Assembly: GCA_030390025.1 (NCBI GenBank)
Contig: CM059431.1
Span: 121,956,001 to 122,020,000 of the forward strand
Length of the DNA: 64,000 bases
From: Squalus acanthias
Lineage: Eukaryota
Direction: 5' to 3'
How positions within the stretch are numbered: position 1 is the first letter of the stretch; each line of letters opens with the position of its first letter. Made by a program: the position numbers and the translations under genes. Positions 59,161 through 64,000 of this stretch are shown in pieces. Under the pieces are notes generated by a model, which saw nothing but the letters and a program-made list of their open reading frames with translations, was not told the DNA's origin and did not search any database.

Positions 59161-60060
59161 GATGTTCACGGTGAACACATTTGCAGTAAGTGTTGGCTGC
59201 TCGAGGAACTCCGGCTCCGTGTTGATGAGCTGGAGTCCGAGCTTCAAACACTGCGACACATCAGGGAGGGGGAGAGTTACCTGGACTCCGTGTTTCAGGA
59301 GGTAGTCACACCAATTAGAGTAACTAATTCAGAAGTAGCCCGTGGTCAGGGACAGGAAGGTGTGACTACGAGTGAGGCAGGTACAGGGATCCAGGAGGTA
59401 GTGTTGGAGGAGCCGCAGCCCTTGCTCTTGTCCAACAGGTTCGAGGCTCTTACTCCCTGTGTGGATAGGAGCGGGGACTGCAGGGAGGATGAGCAACCTG
59501 GCCACAGCACCATGGTAAGGGGGGCCATTCAAGTGGGGGGAGTAAAAAGAAATGTTGTAGTGGTAGGGGATAGTATCATTAGGGGGATAGATAGGGTTCT
59601 TTGCAGCCAAGAGCGAGAGTCCCGAAGGCTGTGTTGCCTGCCCGGTGCCAGGGTTAAGGACATCTCCTCTGGGCTGGAGAGAAACTTGGAGTGGGAGGGG
59701 GAGGATCCAGTTGTCGTGGTCCATGTTGGTACCAATGACATAGATAGGACAAGGAAAGAGGTTCTGCTGAGGGAGTTTGAGCAGCTAGGGGCCAAATTAA
59801 AAAGCAGAACCTCGAGGGTAATAATCTCTGGATTACTACCTGAGCCACGAGCAAATTTGGCTAGGGTAAATAAAATCAGGGAGTTGAATGCGTGGCTCAA
59901 AGACTGGTGTGGGAAAAATGGGTTTTGCTTCTTGGGACACTGGCACCAGTACTGGGGCAGGAGAGAGCTGTTCCGTTGGGACGGACTTCACTTGGCCAGT
60001 GCTGGGACTAGTGTCCTGGCGAATCGAATAACTAGGGCTGTGGAGAGGGCTTTAAACTAA
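59161..60060 (+). CDS. CR1 ORF1: partial Zn finger (CSKC), coiled coil, SGNH esterase domain
   Basis: Open from 59161 (HICSKCWLLEELRLRVDELE); VVGDSII, PGA, HVGTND and DGLHL motifs; true start missing. Confidence 0.88.
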   Translation, partial: DVHGEHICSKCWLLEELRLRVDELESELQTLRHIREGESYLDSVFQEVVTPIRVTNSEVARGQGQEGVTTSEAGTGIQEVVLEEPQPLLLSNRFEALTPCVDRSGDCREDEQPGHSTMVRGAIQVGGVKRNVVVVGDSIIRGIDRVLCSQERESRRLCCLPGARVKDISSGLERNLEWEGEDPVVVVHVGTNDIDRTRKEVLLREFEQLGAKLKSRTSRVIISGLLPEPRANLARVNKIRELNAWLKDWCGKNGFCFLGHWHQYWGRRELFRWDGLHLASAGTSVLANRITRAVERALN

Positions 60061-60098
60061 TTAGTGGGGGGGAGGTTTCAAGAGAGCAAAAAATAAAA

Positions 60099-63050
60099 AT
60101 GACAACAGAGAGGGTCATAGACATAGATAGCAGTAGGGGAATCACAAATCAGAGCGTGGCAGGAAGGGACAGAGTGTGTGGAGTAAAAGGTAAACTGGTA
60201 AAAAGTGAAAAAGCAGGAACTAAATGCCACAAAGCATATTTGAAAGTTCTCTATCTGAATGCACGTAGCATTCGTAACAAAATAGACGAGTTAATGGCAC
60301 AAATAACTACATATGGTTATGATATTGTGGCCATTACAGAAACATGGCTGCAGGGTGACAATGCCTGGGAATTAAACATACCAGGTTATTTAACGATCAG
60401 GAAGGACAGGCAGGAAGGAAGGGGAGGTGGGGTGGCTATGTTAATAAAGGAAGGAATCACTGTAATACAGAGTAATGATATTGGGTCAAAAAATCATGAT
60501 AATGAAACAGTTTGGGTGGAGATAAGGAATAATAAGGGGAAAAAAACATTAGTGGGCGTAGTCTATAGGCCTCCGAACAGTTGCAACTCTATTGGACGGA
60601 GTATCAATCAGGAAATAGTTGAGGCATGTAATAAGGGAACATCTATAATTATGGGGGATTTTAACTATCATATTAATTGGACAAATCAAATGGGGCAGGG
60701 CTGCCTTGAGGATGAGTTCATTGAGTGTATTAGGGATGGGTTTCTTGAGCAGTATGTAACTGAACCGACCAGGGGGCAAGCAACCTTAGATCTGGTCCTG
60801 TGTAACGAGACAGGATTAATTAAAAATGTCCTAGTAAAGGATCCCCTTGGAATGAGTGACCATAACATGGTTGAATTCCATATTCAATTAGAGGGTGAGA
60901 AGGTTGGATCTCAAACAAGCGTGCTAAGCTTGAATAAAGGAGACTATGAAGGTATGCGAGCGGAATTGAGTAGAGTGGATTGGGAAAATAGATTAAAGGG
61001 TAAGACGACACATGATCAGTGGTGTACATTCAAGGAGTTATTTTACAACTTCCAAAAAAAATATATTCCACTGAAAAGAAAAGGGTGTAAAAGAAAGGAC
61101 AGTCATCCGTGGCTAAGTAAAGAAATTAAGGATAGTATTCGACTAAAAACAAGGGCATATAAGGTAGCGAAATCTAGTGGGAGGACAGAGGATTGGGAAA
61201 ACTTTAAAAGGCAGCAAAAAATAACAAAAAGATTGATTAAGAAAGGGAAGATAGATTATGAAAGTAAATTAGCAAAAAATATAAAAACAGATAGTAAGAG
61301 TTTTTATAGTTATATAAAAAGAAAAAGGGTGGCTAAAGTAAATGTTGGTCCCTTAGAGGATGAGACCGGGAAATTAATGGTGGGAAATATGGAGATGGCA
61401 AAAACACTGAATGAATATTTTGTATCAGTCTTTACAGTAGAGGACACTAAGAATATCCCAACACTGGACAAACAGGGGGCTATAGGGGGAGAGGAGCTAA
61501 ACACGATCAAAATCACTAAGGAAGTGGTACTCGGTAAAATAATGGGACTCAAGGCGGATAAATCACCTGGACCTGATGGCTTACATCCTAGAGTCTTGAA
61601 GGAAGTGGCGGTAGGGATTGTAGATGCATTGGTAATAATTTTTCAAAACTCCCTGGATTCCGCTAAGGTCCCGGCAGACTGGAAAACTGCTAATGTAACA
61701 CCCTTATTTAAAAAGGGCAGTAGACAGAAGGCTGGTAACTATAGACCGGTTAGCCTAACATCTGTGGTAGGTAAAATTTTGGAGTCCATTATTAAGGAAA
61801 CAGTAACAGGACATTTGGATAATCATAATTTAATAGGACAAAGTCAGCATGGTTTTACGAAGGGGAAGTCATGTTTGACAAATTTGCTGGAGTTCTTTGA
61901 GGAAGTAACATATAGAGTGGATAAAGGGGAACCAGTGGACGTAGTGTATTTAGACTTCCAAAAGGCATTTGACAAGGTGCCACACAAAAGATTATTGCTT
62001 AAGGTAAAAAATCACGGGATTGGGGGTAATATTCTGGCATGGATAGAGGATTGGCTATCTAACAGAAAGCAAAGAGTTGGGATAAATGGTTCATTCTCAG
62101 ACTGGCAATCAGTAACTAGTGGTGTTCCACAGGGGTCAGTGCTGGGTCCCCAACTCTTCACAATCTATATTAACGATTTGGAGGAAGAGACCAAGTGTAA
62201 CATATCAAAATTTGCAGATGATACAAAGATGGGAGGGAAAGTAGTGAGTGAGGAGGACATAAAAAACCTGCAAGGGGACATAGACAGGCTAAGTAAGTGG
62301 GCAGAGATTTGGCAGATGGAATACAACACTGGAAAGTGTGAGGTGATGCACTTTGGCAGGAAAAATCCAAGAGCAATTTATTATCTTAATGGCAAGAAAC
62401 TGGAGAGTACTGAAGTGCAAAGGGATCTGGGGGTCCTGGTGCATGAAACTCAAAAGGTTAGTATGCAGGTGCAGCAAGTGATTAAGAAGGCAAATGGAAT
62501 GTTGGCTTTCATTGCTAGGGGGATAGAATATAAAAATAGGGAGGTATTGCTTCAGTTGTACAAGGTATTGGTGAGACCGCACCTGGAATACTGCATACAG
62601 TTTTGGTGTCCTTACTTAAGGAAAGACATCCTTGCTCTCGAGGCAGTGCAAAAAAGGTTCACTCGGTTAATCCCGGGGATGAGGGGGTGGTCATATGAGG
62701 AGAGGTTGGGTAGATTGGGACTCTACTCATTGGAGTTCAGAAGAATGAGAGGCGATCTTATTGAAACATATAAGATTGTGAAGGGGTTGGATCGGGTGGA
62801 TGCGGGGAGGATGTTCCCGATGACGGGTGAGACGAGAACTAGGGGACATAGTCTTAGAATAAGGGGCTGCTCTTTCAAAACTGAGATGAGGAGGAACTAC
62901 TTCACTCAGAGGGTGGTAGGTCCATGGAATATGCTGCCACAAAAAGCTGTAGAAGCTACAACATTAATTAAATTTAAAACAGAAATAGACAGTTTCCTAG
63001 AAGTAAAGGGCATTAAGGGTTACGGGGAGCGGGCAGGAATTTGGACATGA
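60099..63050 (+). CDS. CR1 ORF2: APE endonuclease plus reverse transcriptase, intact 983 aa
   Basis: YLNARS, ITETWL, MGDFN, SDH; LDFQKAFD, GVPQGSVLGP, KFADD. Confidence 0.96.
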   Translation: MTTERVIDIDSSRGITNQSVAGRDRVCGVKGKLVKSEKAGTKCHKAYLKVLYLNARSIRNKIDELMAQITTYGYDIVAITETWLQGDNAWELNIPGYLTIRKDRQEGRGGGVAMLIKEGITVIQSNDIGSKNHDNETVWVEIRNNKGKKTLVGVVYRPPNSCNSIGRSINQEIVEACNKGTSIIMGDFNYHINWTNQMGQGCLEDEFIECIRDGFLEQYVTEPTRGQATLDLVLCNETGLIKNVLVKDPLGMSDHNMVEFHIQLEGEKVGSQTSVLSLNKGDYEGMRAELSRVDWENRLKGKTTHDQWCTFKELFYNFQKKYIPLKRKGCKRKDSHPWLSKEIKDSIRLKTRAYKVAKSSGRTEDWENFKRQQKITKRLIKKGKIDYESKLAKNIKTDSKSFYSYIKRKRVAKVNVGPLEDETGKLMVGNMEMAKTLNEYFVSVFTVEDTKNIPTLDKQGAIGGEELNTIKITKEVVLGKIMGLKADKSPGPDGLHPRVLKEVAVGIVDALVIIFQNSLDSAKVPADWKTANVTPLFKKGSRQKAGNYRPVSLTSVVGKILESIIKETVTGHLDNHNLIGQSQHGFTKGKSCLTNLLEFFEEVTYRVDKGEPVDVVYLDFQKAFDKVPHKRLLLKVKNHGIGGNILAWIEDWLSNRKQRVGINGSFSDWQSVTSGVPQGSVLGPQLFTIYINDLEEETKCNISKFADDTKMGGKVVSEEDIKNLQGDIDRLSKWAEIWQMEYNTGKCEVMHFGRKNPRAIYYLNGKKLESTEVQRDLGVLVHETQKVSMQVQQVIKKANGMLAFIARGIEYKNREVLLQLYKVLVRPHLEYCIQFWCPYLRKDILALEAVQKRFTRLIPGMRGWSYEERLGRLGLYSLEFRRMRGDLIETYKIVKGLDRVDAGRMFPMTGETRTRGHSLRIRGCSFKTEMRRNYFTQRVVGPWNMLPQKAVEATTLIKFKTEIDSFLEVKGIKGYGERAGIWT

Positions 63051-64000
63051 GTCTAGGTTCGGATCGGTCATGGCCCTGTGGGTAGTGGAGCGGGCCCAGG
63101 GACTGTGTAGCCTGATTCTGCTCCTATTTCGTGTGTGCAATTCTGTTAGATGCAGGAGATGGTTCTGTGATAGATAGTAGATTGGCGGTTAGGATCAGAT
63201 CAGCCATGATCTTATTGAATGGCGGAGCAGGCTCGAGGGGCCGATTGGCCTACTCCTGCTCCTATTTCTTATGTTCTTATGTTCTTATGTTCTTATGAAC
63301 ACAATTAGGTGCCTTTGAAGCTGTGCTGTTTCTCCTTCATTTTGGATTTTGTCCTGAATCAGCAGGTCAGCAAGGGAACTAAACACAGAAGTTTCCAGTT
63401 TAATTGTTGTTGTGTGGATATAAACGTTGGGTGAGTTCCAGAAAGGGGTAGCGCCACCTACAAGCACAATGCCTTCGAAATGTTGGGTTACTCGACATGT
63501 CTAATACATAATAGATGGATGGTAAATTGTGAGAGGCATGCTGACCTGACATGAATTGCTGACATGCTCTCCCACTGTGCAAAGCTCCATGCCAGAAGTA
63601 TTCATTTATAAAGTCTTTCCCATACATCAGAGACAGCCACATGTTGTGAAGTTCTGGCAGACTGGGCCTGTATGCTTGCTGTGTAACTTACACAGAGACG
63701 CGTGAGGGCCAGATGTGGCATGATTGTGGCAGCTGGGATGTTGGCAGCTGGAATGGCTGGGGTTGTTTTGATACACAATAGCCTCAGAATAAAAATGTTA
63801 GGGCCAATTTTCTGAATGCACATTCCTGGCACAGAAGCTTGCTCATTGGTTGCACGTACAGTGTAACCTGTAAATCACTGGCACCTTGGGACTGGCATCA
63901 GCTGTCCTTTTTTTGTAAGTGATCTTATTTTCAAAATGGTCATTGTAGCTACTGTAAGAACTTTCAGTAGAATGGGGAATTCTTTACCCAGCAGTCATAG

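Larger units (their letters stand above)
59155..63297 (+). mobile_element. Near full-length CR1 LINE, 5'-truncated within ORF1
   Basis: ORF1 plus ORF2 plus (TTCTTATG)n tail at ~63268-63297. Confidence 0.95.

Noticed and set aside
1..64000. CRISPR arrays, rRNA or tRNA genes, prokaryotic systems
   Set aside because: None seen; the sequence is eukaryotic repeat DNA, and the T-loop-like hairpin in the LTRs lacks a full cloverleaf.

Overview
Vertebrate genomic DNA, most likely a cartilaginous fish (inferred from the repeat landscape, not proven). It is almost entirely nested mobile elements and I found no supportable host gene. Main contents: (1) a complete but decayed minus-strand provirus at 39676-53385, with paired ~0.7-kb LTRs, a TTTG target-site duplication (TSD), a tRNA-Lys3-type PBS, CCHC gag, PR-RT(YVDD)-tether-second RNase H-IN pol, and a spliced env. 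The env looks like an F-type class I fusion protein with an N-terminal Ig-like domain, so the element is lokiretrovirus-like. (2) The env plus a ~2.6-kb LTR of a second, related provirus at 15576-23685, cut off exactly at a MITE. (3) Six co-oriented 1.6-1.7-kb TGTA...TACA solo-LTR-like elements with short TSDs. (4) About 13 kb of a (CT)n-CCCCAGT pyrimidine satellite with higher-order repeats. (5) Harbinger transposons, MITEs, CR1 LINEs (one with an intact 983-aa ORF2), RTE LINEs and Penelope fragments with hammerhead-like cores. All alignments were done by eye and no database searches were run.
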